Shown here: in pieces, positions 31,552 through 43,224 of the stretch
Position numbering within the stretch: position 1 is the stretch's first letter
How the letters are laid out: the number at the start of each line of letters is the position of its first letter
Translations under genes and position numbers: made by a program
The notes under the pieces: generated by a model
Told to the model about the DNA's origin: nothing
Databases searched by the model: none
Seen by the model: only the letters and a program-made list of their open reading frames with translations
Assembly: GCA_019828565.1 (NCBI GenBank)
Contig: JAHDYR010000016.1
Location: 124,001 to 188,000, forward strand
Length of the DNA stretch: 64,000 bases
From: Carpediemonas membranifera BICM
Taxonomy: Eukaryota > Protista > Fornicata
Direction: 5' to 3'

Positions 31552-33732
31552 CTAGTAAAAGTCGTCATCCCCCTTGTTGTTGGCCACCACACTCTGCCTC
31601 TGGTAGGCATCAACCATGTCGGCGTCGTTGCTGATCGACTCTAGCGTCTTGTCGTCCCGACGCCGCACACAACGCGGGAACCGCAGCGATAGCCCAAGCC
31701 CAGGCTTCTTGGGGTCGGCCCCAACACCGCCCTTCGACTTGGGCGACACGGTGATGTCAGCGAACTTGATCTCCCAGATCAGACCCGGCCTGAACCAGAC
31801 AACGTCGTCGAGCTTCTTGCCCGCAGTGTTTTGGGTTGACACGACATATTCAGCAGGCTTGCGGTCGACCCGATACTCATCCTTCGAATATTCGATCAGA
31901 TCCTCGTCTTTGAGACCAGATCCGCAGTCAGTGATGTACTTGTAGACATCATCGTCGTCATCGTCCTCAAAGCCCACGCCCCCACCCCGGCACCCGAGCA
32001 GGAACGTCCCAAGCTTGCCCGCCCGATCGCCAGTACCGTATCTTCCGCCCATGACCACAAGGTCGAGCGTATCTCCTCCAGCACCGAGGTAATCCTTCTT
32101 GAGCTTGAGCCAATGGGTCGACCTGACCGACGGCTGGTAGTGCGCCCCGGGCCCCGTCAAGGCCTTGGCCATCAGCCCCTCGCACGAGGCCTTCACTGAG
32201 GCGTCGAGCAGGCCTGTGGCAGATCCATCATCGCCCAGATCGCCAATGCGGCCAATGACGTCGGTCGGCTCCGCCCCGTCTTCGCTGGTGATGACGAAAT
32301 CCTCACCAATGGCGAACCGGAACTTGCCGCCCTCGGTAGTGACAGATCGCAGGATCGTGCGGCGATCCTTCAGCTGGTGGTCGAGCAGACGGACGCCGTT
32401 GATGAGGATCATGTCGAAGGCGAAGAGCGCGACGTCGACGGTGATCTCGTCCGTGACCTTCTTCTGCCGAGACATCAACGTCTGGAAGGGGAGGATGCTG
32501 CTCGTCGCCACGTTGTACGCCACAGCCTCGCAGTCGACCACGAATGAAGTCACCTCCGCGCCGACCTCGAGGTTGGGGTCGTTCGCCGCTTCGTCCATTG
32601 ACCCATTCCGGATCAGATCCGCGATCTCCGGGGATATGACCGCTCTGCACCCAGCGACCACGTCCACGAGATCAGGGTACTTCCGGGACATGTCCTCCAT
32701 GTTTCTCGAGAATATTTGGATGGCCGTAGTCCCGTCAGGAGCCTGCGTAAAGTGCACCTGGGCCCGCTCGCCGTCGTACTTGTACTCGCACGTGATCTCG
32801 TCCGTGACGGCGGCCAGCTTGGTGATGACCGACTCTACCGACTTCATGGGCTTGGCGAGCATAGGGTTGACGGGAATGCCCGAGCGGAGGACGCAGAGCT
32901 TGGGCAACTCGGCCAGGCCGTGCGTCTTGACTGCGTCAAGCAGGATATCGTAGTTGGGGCAGGAAGCGAAGGCTGCCTTCACCACACGCTCGGCGTCCTT
33001 CTCGTCGCCAACGCTGGGTCGACCCAGCTTGCTGTCGAACGCTGCTGCGGCCTGGGACAAGGCAGTCAAGATCGTAGGGTCCTTCAGCCCGATCCGCAGG
33101 CCCTTGGGCAGCACGGTGCGTACCAGGAACTTGATCTCTGGGGCGGTCGTGCAGTTGTTGACGAGGCGCTGTATCCGGCCCCGCTTCTCCTTGCGAACAC
33201 CCTCGCCGTCAAGCTTGCAGATGGCGTGGAGCTCAGCCATGAGCTGCGGCAGGTACAGCGGCTTAGGCTTGGAGAATGCGTGGCGGTTCTGCTTCACCAG
33301 TATGGACGCGGCGATGCTCCCGAGGTCAGGCTCGGTCTTGAGCTTCGCGTTGATGATAGAGGGTGACGTGATCGCAGTCAGAAGGTCCTTGACGAGCGAG
33401 TCGCCCACTCCGGTCTCGAGCCCCTCGTACTGGGGCCCTAGGCGGTTGGACATGAGCCATACGGCGGGTTGGAGGTTGCGGAGACCGGCCTCGTCGTTAC
33501 GGAGGCCGCGGAGGAGATATTTCCGGACATATGCGGTGATCTCAAGGCGTTTGGTGGTTGATTCAACGTCCTCGAAGAGCTGGGCGAGGTCCTTCCACAT
33601 CAGATCGCTTGCATTCCCAGCTGGTTCAGCCTTTCGCTTCACCGGTTGCATAGTCGGTTCAGAAGCTTTGCGTTTTACTGGAGCTTTGGCCTTCTTGGTC
33701 TTTTTGACTTGTCGAGGGGCGAAGAAGTCCAT
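31552..33732 (-). CDS. LIG1: ATP-dependent DNA ligase I
   Basis: PMLAKP, CEYKYDGERAQVH, FSRN, VDCEAV, EGLMAK, WLKLKKDYL, SLRFPR. Confidence 0.93.
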   Translation of the reverse strand: MDFFAPRQVKKTKKAKAPVKRKASEPTMQPVKRKAEPAGNASDLMWKDLAQLFEDVESTTKRLEITAYVRKYLLRGLRNDEAGLRNLQPAVWLMSNRLGPQYEGLETGVGDSLVKDLLTAITSPSIINAKLKTEPDLGSIAASILVKQNRHAFSKPKPLYLPQLMAELHAICKLDGEGVRKEKRGRIQRLVNNCTTAPEIKFLVRTVLPKGLRIGLKDPTILTALSQAAAAFDSKLGRPSVGDEKDAERVVKAAFASCPNYDILLDAVKTHGLAELPKLCVLRSGIPVNPMLAKPMKSVESVITKLAAVTDEITCEYKYDGERAQVHFTQAPDGTTAIQIFSRNMEDMSRKYPDLVDVVAGCRAVISPEIADLIRNGSMDEAANDPNLEVGAEVTSFVVDCEAVAYNVATSSILPFQTLMSRQKKVTDEITVDVALFAFDMILINGVRLLDHQLKDRRTILRSVTTEGGKFRFAIGEDFVITSEDGAEPTDVIGRIGDLGDDGSATGLLDASVKASCEGLMAKALTGPGAHYQPSVRSTHWLKLKKDYLGAGGDTLDLVVMGGRYGTGDRAGKLGTFLLGCRGGGVGFEDDDDDDVYKYITDCGSGLKDEDLIEYSKDEYRVDRKPAEYVVSTQNTAGKKLDDVVWFRPGLIWEIKFADITVSPKSKGGVGADPKKPGLGLSLRFPRCVRRRDDKTLESISNDADMVDAYQRQSVVANNKGDDDFY

Positions 33733-34078
33733 CGGCGGTGACCGCGCCAAAAGTGCACCCAAGCGGCATGAAGCGTCGTTTCCCACACCCTTCCCTCCGT
33801 ATTCTCAAGGTCACTCCCAGTGAGATTCTAAGGCATTCGCCCGATCATTTAGTAGATGCGGCCACACAGTGAACTCGACCGAGGGACGCTCCATGTTGTG
33901 TCCAGACACAATGCTAATTGGCCGAGTAGTGTGGAGAATCAAGGCCATGCGGGGCCGCCTTCCCGAAGAGCTACACCTAGCCGCGCCAAACAAATACATG
34001 AACACGACTGTATAATATCGGGCCAGTCGACTCTGACTTAAGTATGAGCCTTTATGTCATATATGTACGTTAACGTAG

Positions 34079-37000
34079 CTATGTAATCCAGGGAGCGACT
34101 CTGATTTCAGAGAACTCCAGATGAGGGTGGCTGAGCAACATGGGAACGACCTTCTGGAAGAAGTACTCGCGCCGGAATAAGAAGCTGCCAGCCGCGCCGA
34201 CTCGGGCAAAGTCTTCCGGAGTGCCGGAGATATCGAGGGCAGACTCCTCGAGCCGGTGCTGGGCGGCTTGTATGTCCAAAAAGTTGACTCTGCTACAGTC
34301 GAGCATGACGCCGATGTAGTGGTACGCCGCGCTGTTCTCCGGCAGGACGAGTCGACTGAGGAGCCAGTTGGTCGAGCGGTTTGCGGCGGTGTAGCCCACG
34401 ACATGGATGCTCCAGTCCTTGTTGAGCAGCTCGCGGTCCATAGCCTGGGCGATCACGGCGTAGTCATAGTCGCTGAAGCCGAGCATCTTGGTGATCTTCT
34501 CCATGGTGTCTGCCTTGGCGCATGACCCGCCCATGACCATCATCGCGGGGATGTCGGTGATCTGAGGAGTGCGGGGGCCGAGGAAGTAGTCGATGTCGCC
34601 GTCCTTCATGATGCGGCGGATGTTGCCGGCTTCGCGGTGGTGGAAGGGCACCTGCCGGGGCAGGGCGCTGAAGGGGACGACGGCTGCTTGGTTGGGCCGG
34701 CCGGTGAGCTTGCCGCGGGAGGGGTCGTTGACGAAGTCGGGGTGGAAGTAGGTCATCTCGGGGACGCCAGCGAGGGCGGCGTCTGCGGCCTCGACGCCCT
34801 GCATGAAGAGGTGGTCGATGTTGGCGACCTCGTTCTTCCAGCCGCCGAGCCTGCCGCGCGATAGGATATCATGCTCGCGAAGCCACGATTGAACGTCGCC
34901 AAGCACCTCAGCCACGCCGATCTCATTAGCAGGTACACACGTCTCGTGGTACTGGACCGAGACGACCTCGGACGACTGGGCGATGAAACCGGTCTGTCGG
35001 AGATAATCAGTGACCCGGTCGACCACCTCAGCCTGTGTCACGTTGCTGTCTGGGCTATCGAGATCTACCCGCAGACTATAATGGCCGCTAGGTGCCATTC
35101 CCTGGGCGTAGTTGCTGAGGACGGCTACCCTGCGCACCAGAGCGTCGTCGTGGACGCCGAACCAGTGCGCCTGCCACAGTTCGGAGGGAGCACGCCCTTG
35201 ACACCGATGCCGACGGTGTGGGCAGTGGCGCAGGTCAGTTGCTGGGCGTAGGCGTTGAAGCGGCGGACGATGGGCTCGGGCGTGTGCGGGCAGGCGGCGA
35301 CGAGCTTGAGCAGGTCGGGCAGGGGCATCGTGCTGACGAGCTTGCTGTAGGGGCGCGTGACGGTCTCCCGCGCGTGGCGGATGGTGACCTTGCGGTTGAT
35401 CGGGTCGACCGCGACGATCTCGTTGGAATACGAGATGCCGGACTGCTGGTCGGCCGCGAGCCGGGCGAAGAGCTCGCCGCTGCCGCCGATGTGCGGGTAG
35501 ACGAAGGTCCGGCTGACGTTGGTCTGCTGCGTGACCCACTCGAGCGACGACGGGACGGCTGCGGTCTCGAAGTCGACTGCGGTGTCGATGCTGCCGTTGA
35601 TGAGCCAGGCGACGCGCGTGTGGCGGTTCTGGTCGTGCTCGAGCACAGACGTGAGCAGCCCGTCGAAGTACGCGTAGTGCGACGTCAGCTCGAGGGGCCC
35701 GAAGTCCCACTCGAAGCCGTGCACGTCCTTGTGCGTCGCAGCGATGCCGCCCACGCGGTAGGTTGCCTCGTACACCTGGTAGTTGTCGAACCCGAGCTCC
35801 TGCAGCCGGTGCGCTGCCCCGAGACCCGTCGGGCCAGCCCCAAGGACGACGACCGGTGCGTACATGTAGGGGCCGACCTTGCCTGTCTCCCACACCCGCC
35901 GTGTCTTTTCAACGTTGCCAGAGACTTCGCCGACTTCAGAGAACGTGCCGACAGTGCCGACGATGTCGCCGAAGATGGGCTCAATCGTGGCCAGACTGTC
36001 GACCGTGGGGGGAATAGCAGGCACGGCGGAGGTCAGGTAGGCGAGCTGTTCGATGTTCACACGGCGGAAGAACTCCTTCTTCTTGGCCTTGGTGGCCTCA
36101 TCGACGACCTTGACGCTCTGGGACCCGCCGTTGAGGTGGGCGACTGGGGTCGAGTCGATAACGCCATACCGTCCCATGCCGTCCCGGTAGCCGTCCCTGG
36201 CGAACATGAAGTCGTAGTAGTAGCCGGTTGACAGGTCGAACTGGAAGTGCTTGTGGGTGACCCGGCTGTAAAAGGTGCGGGTGAACGCAGGGATCATGTC
36301 CTCGACGAACGTCACGAAGCGGCCCTCGTCGTTGTGGTCGGTCTGTCGCCCCGTGGCCTTGCTACCCCACCAGCCGGGGGAGTGCGTCATGCCCGGCTGG
36401 AACATCTGGAGGTTGTGCTTCTCAGCGATCCGGAGATACTCCATGGGGTCGAACAGCTCGGTGTCGGGGGTACCCGGCTCGGGGTTGAGGTCGATGTCGT
36501 CGTCCCACAGGAAGACGTAGTCGTACGCCTCGGCCACGGTGGGGGTGAGGAAGCGGGGGAAGTACCACCACTCGCCCTGCCGCTTGATGTCGACCCACGT
36601 GACCTCGCTGGCCCACGGGAGCTCGGACCAGTCGGAGTTGTCGTAGCGCATGAAGATGAAGTCGAACTGCTCGAGGCCGAAACGCGTGACGATCTTGTTG
36701 ATGAGGCGCTTACTATGGCCACCGACCGGAATGGACATGACACAGCGCTTGGGCCCGGGGTGGCTGCTGGCGTCGAGGGGGATGCCGGGCCACTCCCCGG
36801 CAGAGTCAGCGACGGGTCGGATGCGGGTTGGGGGCGGGTTGCGGATGTTGGGCCGGCCGGTGAGCTTGCCGCGGGAGGGGTCGTTGACGAAGTCGGGGTG
36901 GAAGTAGGTCATCTCGGGGACGCCAGCGAGGGCGGCGTCTGCGGCCTCGACGCCCTGCATGAAGAGGTGGTCGATGTTGGCGACCTCGTTCTTCCAGCCG

Positions 37001-38250
37001 CCGAGCCTGCCGCGCGATAGGATATCATGCTCGCGAAGCCACGATTGAACGTCGCCAAGCACCTCAGCCACGCCGATCTCATTAGCAGGTACACACGTCT
37101 CGTGGTACTGGACCGAGACGACCTCGGACGACTGGGCGATGAAACCGGTCTGTCGGAGATAATCAGTGACCCGGTCGACCACCTCAGCCTGTGTCACGTT
37201 GCTGTCTGGGCTATCGAGATCTACCCGCAGACTATAATGGCCGCTAGGTGCCATTCCCTGGGCGTAGTTGCTGAGGACGGCTACCCTGCGCACCAGAGCG
37301 TCGTCGTGGACGCCGAACCAGTGCGCCTGCCACAGTTCGGAGGGGAGCACGCCCTTGACACCGATGCCGACGGTGTGGGCAGTGGCGCAGGTCAGTTGCT
37401 GGGCGTAGGCGTTGAAGCGGCGGACGATGGGCTCGGGCGTGTGCGGGCAGGCGGCGACGAGCTTGAGCAGGTCGGGCAGGGGCATCGTGCTGACGAGCTT
37501 GCTGTAGGGGCGCGTGACGGTCTCCCGCGCGTGGCGGATGGTGACCTTGCGGTTGATCGGGTCGACCGCGACGATCTCGTTGGAATACGAGATGCCGGAC
37601 TGCTGGTCGGCCGCGAGCCGGGCGAAGAGCTCGCCGCTGCCGCCGATGTGCGGGTAGACGAAGGTCCGGCTGACGTTGGTCTGCTGCGTGACCCACTCGA
37701 GCGACGACGGGACGGCTGCGGTCTCGAAGTCGACTGCGGTGTCGATGCTGCCGTTGATGAGCCAGGCGACGCGCGTGTGGCGGTTCTGGTCGTGCTCGAG
37801 CACAGACGTGAGCAGCCCGTCGAAGTACGCGTAGTGCGACGTCAGCTCGAGGGGCCCGAAGTCCCACTCGAAGCCGTGCACGTCCTTGTGCGTCGCAGCG
37901 ATGCCGCCCACGCGGTAGGTTGCCTCGTACACCTGGTAGTTGTCGAACCCGAGCTCCTGCAGCCGGTGCGCTGCCCCGAGACCCGTCGGGCCAGCCCCAA
38001 GAATAATAACAGGCGAAGGCGCGCAGTTTCGTTGATGATCCGGCGATATCCCGTCTCCATGCGCTGAAATAGATCCATGTGCAGCATTTGTGCTCTCGGA
38101 GACAAATGACCTAACAACTAGACAGCAAACAGTGAACAGCGCAACAGTGACGAGGGCAAGCATCACGCGAACGAGATCCCTCTTAGATCTAGTCGCAAGA
38201 ATGATCATGCAACGTCGCTTCAGCCAATATAACGCCGCTGGCTTGTGCAT
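34079..38250 (-). CDS. Type II membrane protein: TM-[degenerate UDP-galactopyranose mutase + DUF707]x2; 1-nt frameshift at 35186-35188
   Basis: GAGPTGLGAAHRL..SHYAYFD and SRGRLGGWKNEVANIDHLFMQGVEA..HPDFVN (eukaryotic UGM); RFLTPTVAEAYDYVFLWDDDI (DUF707); adding one base joins ORFs 35125-38250 and 34079-35893. Confidence 0.8.
34691..35844. repeat. Internal duplication copy A (1154 bp)
   Basis: Appears identical to 36847-38001 except GGG vs GGGG. Confidence 0.92.
36847..38001. repeat. Internal duplication copy B (1155 bp)
   Basis: Direct repeat of 34691-35844, offset 2156/2157. Confidence 0.92.
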
Positions 38251-38976
38251 CGGATCGGCTCAGTCTGTCTCGATCTCACTCACCCAAAATAGATGAACTG
38301 CCAGTTGCACCTGACGGGATCCCGAGTCGCCAGTTCCTCTTAGTGCTGGCTGTGCGGTGGTGGATAGCCTCGGGTCTGCTGGGTCGCCTCGTGAGAGCTT
38401 GGGTCCTGCTTCACGAGATGCAGCTCGAGTAAGTTTGGGATTCGATCAATCTTTGGTGTGTACAAATGCCGATGTCCAGGGCATACAATGAGGAGATGAC
38501 GTTTCTGGGGTCATACTTTATTATTAAGCACCTTATACTTCCAACACTTGATTGAATCGCAACCTGAAACACCTTTGACCAGCGTTGAATTCTAGTTGAA
38601 GATTTTCGGTGGAAGATCCACTGCAAGAAGCACTTCAATCATCCGTGAAGAGCGTCTATACCGCCCTGCTACATCACAGTGTCCGCGGAGAAGACGGCGA
38701 CGCTCTTGGGTTGGACTGGCTCAATGAGCGTTTCAGGGAGTACTGATAGTGAGGGTATGAGGGGTGCTCGGCGTGTTATTCCATTTAAAACTGAAGACGG
38801 AGGTGTCTCGCGTCGACAGGCAATGATCGGCCGGAGATGGTCGGAGAGCTGTGATGAGGTCCCGCAGCTCAGCTTTGAGTCATGAGAACTCATGTCTTGC
38901 ACATGGGCTTCTGGAACAATATACATGGTCATTCACGTAATTCGGCTTGACACAACCACCACAAATCCAACCTTGA

Positions 38977-40032
38977 ATGAACACGCCTCAAATCGATCAG
39001 GTGAAGAGTTTTGTTGCTCCTGCCAAAGGAATGACGCCTCCTGCTGCCGTTAAGATCCATCAGACGACTGGTGTTCGCATCTGGGAAGACACTGGAAAGA
39101 TTGGAGCCATCATGGTCGTTCTCGACATGACGAAGGGTGGAAACTTCCTTCGCGTGTACGATATCAACAATGGAACCATCCATGTGGACATTCCTATCGT
39201 GGGGAACGACTTCCGCTACGACAGCCTTGGCTCTCGCTTCCACTGCGCCATGGACGAGGAGACCGACACCCTCTATGGCTTCAACTTCGCTGATGTCCAA
39301 GAGGCGTCGACATTCCTCTCCGCCATGTCGGCATTCGGCCCCCAGAAGCCCCAGAAGCAGAAGAAGGAGAAGAAGAAGGGCGGCGGGCTTTTTGGCCTCT
39401 TCCGCGGCGGGCAGGCGGAGGAGATGCCCGAGCTTGAGATCGGCGCACCCACCAACTTCGAGCACAAGTCCCACATCTCGTTTGATCCCGAGACCGGGTC
39501 GTTCGATGTTTCGAAGCTCTCCAACGAGATGAAGGACATCTTCAAGCAGGCCGGCGTCCACAAGAAGGACCTTCAGTCTCCCGAGACGGCGACCATGCTG
39601 TTCCAGGTGCTCCAGAGCGAGTTTTCCAAGGTCGAGAACAAGCCCGCGCCCCCACCGCCGCCGGCTGCCAAGCGGGCCCCGCCTCCGCCCCCTGCCGCCA
39701 AGGGCAAGGCTCCCCCACCTCCACCCGGCCCCAAGGCACCCGCCCCGCCGCCAGCCCCGGTGGCCCCCGCCGAATCGGCCAAGCTCGGCGTGGACACCGA
39801 GCGTGGCTCAGCCATCGGTGCGGGGACCCGCATGTCCTTCCTGGACCAGATCAGGGCCGGGAAGGAGCTCAAGGCCGTGAAGAAGGAGGAGAAGGACGAC
39901 CTCGAGATGGACGCATCCAAGCTGGACTCGAACCAGAAGAGCGGCATGGCCAACGCCATCGCAGCAGCCATGGCCCAGCGCAGAGCCGCTATGGTGGAGG
40001 ACGAGGACGACGAGGATTCAGACTGGGATTAA
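38977..40032 (+). CDS. WASP: WASP (WH1-CRIB-polyPro-VCA) Arp2/3 activator
   Basis: WH1-like N-terminus, EIGAPTNFEHKSHISFD CRIB, proline runs, FLDQIRAGKELKAV WH2, central helix, acidic tail DEDSDWD. Confidence 0.92.
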   Translation: MNTPQIDQVKSFVAPAKGMTPPAAVKIHQTTGVRIWEDTGKIGAIMVVLDMTKGGNFLRVYDINNGTIHVDIPIVGNDFRYDSLGSRFHCAMDEETDTLYGFNFADVQEASTFLSAMSAFGPQKPQKQKKEKKKGGGLFGLFRGGQAEEMPELEIGAPTNFEHKSHISFDPETGSFDVSKLSNEMKDIFKQAGVHKKDLQSPETATMLFQVLQSEFSKVENKPAPPPPPAAKRAPPPPPAAKGKAPPPPPGPKAPAPPPAPVAPAESAKLGVDTERGSAIGAGTRMSFLDQIRAGKELKAVKKEEKDDLEMDASKLDSNQKSGMANAIAAAMAQRRAAMVEDEDDEDSDWD

Positions 40033-40122
40033 ACGCTGATCTTTTAATGCTAATGGGATGCCTTGATGTTCAAGACAACAAAGGCTCAACGACGAAAGCA
40101 ACACTACAACCTATTTTACAGC

Positions 40123-40608
40123 TCACAGGCTCTTACCCATGAACTTGTACTTAGCAAACATCAGCCACCACTTGGACAGCTTGCCGTCGGCGTCGAAGAC
40201 AAGGGGGGCGAGCTTCGTGGCAATCTCGGCGCGCATCATCTTAAAGCCGTTGACCCATCGGTCTCTCTCGGCAGAATCCTGAGGAGCCGCCAGGATGCCG
40301 CGGAGGACGAACTCGGCGTCACCAGGGGCGGAGAAGTTCTGCTGGGCGAGGACGTTGAGGACGTTGTACGCCGCCTTGGCGTCCGCGGGCTTCTTCATGT
40401 TCAGCTCAGTGAGGCACTTGCAGATGAAGAGGGTAAGATACACCATGGTTGTATCGCCAGGGCCCTTCATCTCAAACTGCTTGACCAGGACGTTGGCCTT
40501 GAAGTTCTCGATGGCCTCCTGCGTAATATCGTGCTCGGGCCCGAAAATGCCACATCCACAGGCAATATCAGCAGGTGCGACGCTGTTGAAGGCTGAATGA
40601 TACACCAT
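40123..40608 (-). CDS. ARPC3: Arp2/3 complex subunit 3 (p21)
   Basis: MVYHSAF, EAIENFKANV..FEMKGPGD...YLTLFI, SKWWLMFAKYKFMGKSL. Confidence 0.93.
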   Translation of the reverse strand: MVYHSAFNSVAPADIACGCGIFGPEHDITQEAIENFKANVLVKQFEMKGPGDTTMVYLTLFICKCLTELNMKKPADAKAAYNVLNVLAQQNFSAPGDAEFVLRGILAAPQDSAERDRWVNGFKMMRAEIATKLAPLVFDADGKLSKWWLMFAKYKFMGKSL

Positions 40609-40732
40609 TATGTCGTTTGTGAGAATATGTTTCGTTGCTGGACACGTACATGTTCGATTTACAGTATACATAACCACCATTAACACAGCCGTATGCCAAG
40701 GCCACCATTCCCTGACCCAAGTTCTCCACAGT

Positions 40733-41521
40733 CTAGTCATCTAAATTTACCGGCATCATGAGCCGAAGAAGAGAAGTGGCAGCAGCTGGCACGTCTGACG
40801 CCTCGTGCTCGTTCAGTATGCCGTCGTTCGGGATGAACACGGTGACGGCCAGGACGAGCATGAGTACAAAGGCGCACGTGTTGAGACAGAGCATCTTCCA
40901 CCCGATACGGACCTTCTTCCTCGTCTTCTCCACCCGCCGGGCCGCCGCTTTGAGTCTATTTGTGGTCGCAGTCATGTTTGAGTCGAGCGTGTCTATGATT
41001 TCGTCACCCTCGTCGAGCTCATCCCCGATTGTCACTCCGATCTCCTTCAGATCAGTCATGTGCTGGCTGATCTGATCGAGCTTGGCCCCGTGCTTGACCT
41101 CCATGATCTCCCGCTGGATCTCCATGAGCTCCATGTTGTTCGCCCCCTGGGTCGTCGAAGTCTCCTTGTACTCGAAGAGGGGGTTCGTATTCTGGGAATG
41201 CGCCGGCTTCTGGCGTGTGGGGTTGATTCCTACGGCGATGAGTTCTTGCTGCTTCTTGAGGATGTCCATGAGCTTCATCCGCTCCTGGATATCCGCGCGG
41301 GTCAGACGGTATACTACAGGGTTCCTACGCATCTTCTGGAGGTCCGCATTGAGCAGTTTGATCTGTGGATCGAGCGATTTTGACTGTGTTCTGAGCTTGA
41401 GGCGGAATTGGGAGGCTACTTGCTCGTTCTCCGCCGCTGTCTTCTGTCGAACTAAATCAACGAGCTTCTCTGAGAGTTCACGTGTTGTCTTGTAACTTGC
41501 CATCCATTTCTCTGCGTCCAT
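40733..41521 (-). CDS. Qc-SNARE (syntaxin 6/8-like)
   Basis: N-terminal helical domain, SNARE motif LDQIS...IGVTIGDELDE...LDSNM, C-terminal TM. Confidence 0.8.
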   Translation of the reverse strand: MDAEKWMASYKTTRELSEKLVDLVRQKTAAENEQVASQFRLKLRTQSKSLDPQIKLLNADLQKMRRNPVVYRLTRADIQERMKLMDILKKQQELIAVGINPTRQKPAHSQNTNPLFEYKETSTTQGANNMELMEIQREIMEVKHGAKLDQISQHMTDLKEIGVTIGDELDEGDEIIDTLDSNMTATTNRLKAAARRVEKTRKKVRIGWKMLCLNTCAFVLMLVLAVTVFIPNDGILNEHEASDVPAAATSLLRLMMPVNLDD

Positions 41522-41820
41522 AATCGTTGGAAGGCGATAGAGACACCAGAACGCAGAGTACGATCAAAGTTCAATCTGATTGGTGGAAGCGGATGGGGTC
41601 GACCTGACATGGGTTGCCTCTCCTCGCACGTTCACTAGTGGACCACTGGACCTGTAGTGGGCCAGACAGCCTAAATCTGTATGCATATTAAGATTGTGTT
41701 GTGACTTGATGACTCTCTCGCTCTGTCAGCAAAGCTCCCAGCGCTAGTACCAGCATCCCTCTGGCACTAGATCTGCCCACAATACGGCATCCCGCACCTG
41801 ATTAACCCAGTAACAATAAT

Positions 41821-42351
41821 TTACGCGCGTGTCTGGCGCCTCCGCAGCACATCGGCATTGTACACACGAGCCAGGCTCACCTCGAGCGTCGTGATCTGCT
41901 CCTTGAGGTAATCGAGGTCAGAATCAAGGCCGGCGACCTGTGCGCGGGCCCCGGCGAGATTCCTCTTGAGGAGGGCCTCGGCGTCGTCAATGGGGTACTC
42001 CACCATCGTGCTGCAGCCCAGCCAGATAGACACGTTCTCAACAGCAGGGACCGTCGCCTTGGCGTACACACCGTCGGCAATCTCGTGGTTCACTGTCGTC
42101 TCCTCGCGCTGCTGCTGGTAGAACTGGATTGTCTTCAGGCTAGCCTCAAGATCGGGAATACGGCCAGCAATAGAAGTCTTTTGCCTAATGAGCTGCGCAT
42201 CCATGAACTTGTACTTGCTGTATTGCTCGTTCAGGCTCGTGAGCGCCTCCTCGACGTTCTTGTGCTGCCCAATGAAAGCCACGGGATCCTCGATAAAATC
42301 TGCCTTGGGAATGCCTCTGTGGGCGGGAGGAGCTGCTTTCACTTCAGACAT
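41821..42351 (-). CDS. PFDN3: Prefoldin subunit 3
   Basis: RGIPKADFIED, EQYSKYKFM, VSIWLGCSTMVEY, QITTLEVSLARVYN. Confidence 0.92.
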   Translation of the reverse strand: MSEVKAAPPAHRGIPKADFIEDPVAFIGQHKNVEEALTSLNEQYSKYKFMDAQLIRQKTSIAGRIPDLEASLKTIQFYQQQREETTVNHEIADGVYAKATVPAVENVSIWLGCSTMVEYPIDDAEALLKRNLAGARAQVAGLDSDLDYLKEQITTLEVSLARVYNADVLRRRQTRA

Positions 42352-42547
42352 GGTCCTTTGAATGCTCGTTGCAAAAATTTGTGGGAAATTTAGTGAAGTC
42401 GACTCCTCCACGAGCCAGACTGGACATGAGGCGAGCTTCTGTGCCTATCAGCGCGGAGTCCTTACACCATGGCTTTGATCTTTGAATCTGCAATACCCTA
42501 GCACACCTAACTCGTTGCTGGCCTAATCCTGGACAAATAGAGTAGGT

Positions 42548-42872
42548 TTACTGCTCGATCTTGTGGGCGTCCTCCTTGAACTCGAGCTTGCAGGCGGGGG
42601 GCAGGCCCTCGTAGACGACGCAGTGGTGGACGGAGGGAGTCATGGACTCGTCCTCGTCGATGATATCGAGCGAAAGGTGGTGGTTAGTACCAGCAACAAC
42701 CTGAGTTCCGTACTTCATCACACCGCGGGCGCCGAGCTTGAGGTTCTTGATAGAGTTGGACTTCCTGTGTTATAAGAAGGGCCGGAACGAACATGTTAAT
42801 GCGCTCAAGAGCGAATTTAAGGATGTGCTCCTCGGGAGCAAAAGTTTGAGCAGTGATTCCGCCAGCCATCAT
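42548..42872 (-). CDS. Cystatin (cysteine protease inhibitor); intron 42765-42792
   Basis: Spliced MMAGG...FALERINMKSNS...TQVVAGTNH: N-terminal GG and QxVxG signature. Confidence 0.82.
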
Positions 42873-42883
42873 GGTGTTTCCAG

Positions 42884-43177
42884 CTAGTTGTGTGTTATGA
42901 CTCCAGTTCGAGTCACTCTGGAAATGCGGACGACTGAACAGTCGGCTTGACTCGGTGGGGCATATACAGACGCATGCTCGACCTTGCTAAGGGCAGAGAT
43001 AGGCCCTACCGGGCTCTCAATGCTGAAGTCGTCATATGTCGTGAGCGCGACTCCACTGTCGCTGGAGGGCACGCGTCTGGTTTCTTTGGATGACTGCAAG
43101 ATTACCGCCCGCGCCTCTTCCATTGGTCGCCATTCCACCACGCCTCTTCCACTACATTCCAAGGCCGCCTCAGACAT
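42884..43177 (-). CDS. Small hypothetical protein
   Basis: 97-aa ATG-initiated ORF filling the gap between co-oriented genes. Confidence 0.4.
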   Translation of the reverse strand: MSEAALECSGRGVVEWRPMEEARAVILQSSKETRRVPSSDSGVALTTYDDFSIESPVGPISALSKVEHASVYAPPSQADCSVVRISRVTRTGVITHN

Positions 43178-43224
43178 GTCTCAGGTCCACTGGAAAGATA
43201 ACCCCGAATTGCCGACAATTTATC

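Noticed and set aside
34079-35893. 604-aa ORF as an independent gene
   Set aside because: Its Arg/His-rich first part is an out-of-frame reading; only the part after the 35186 indel is coding and continues the upstream gene.
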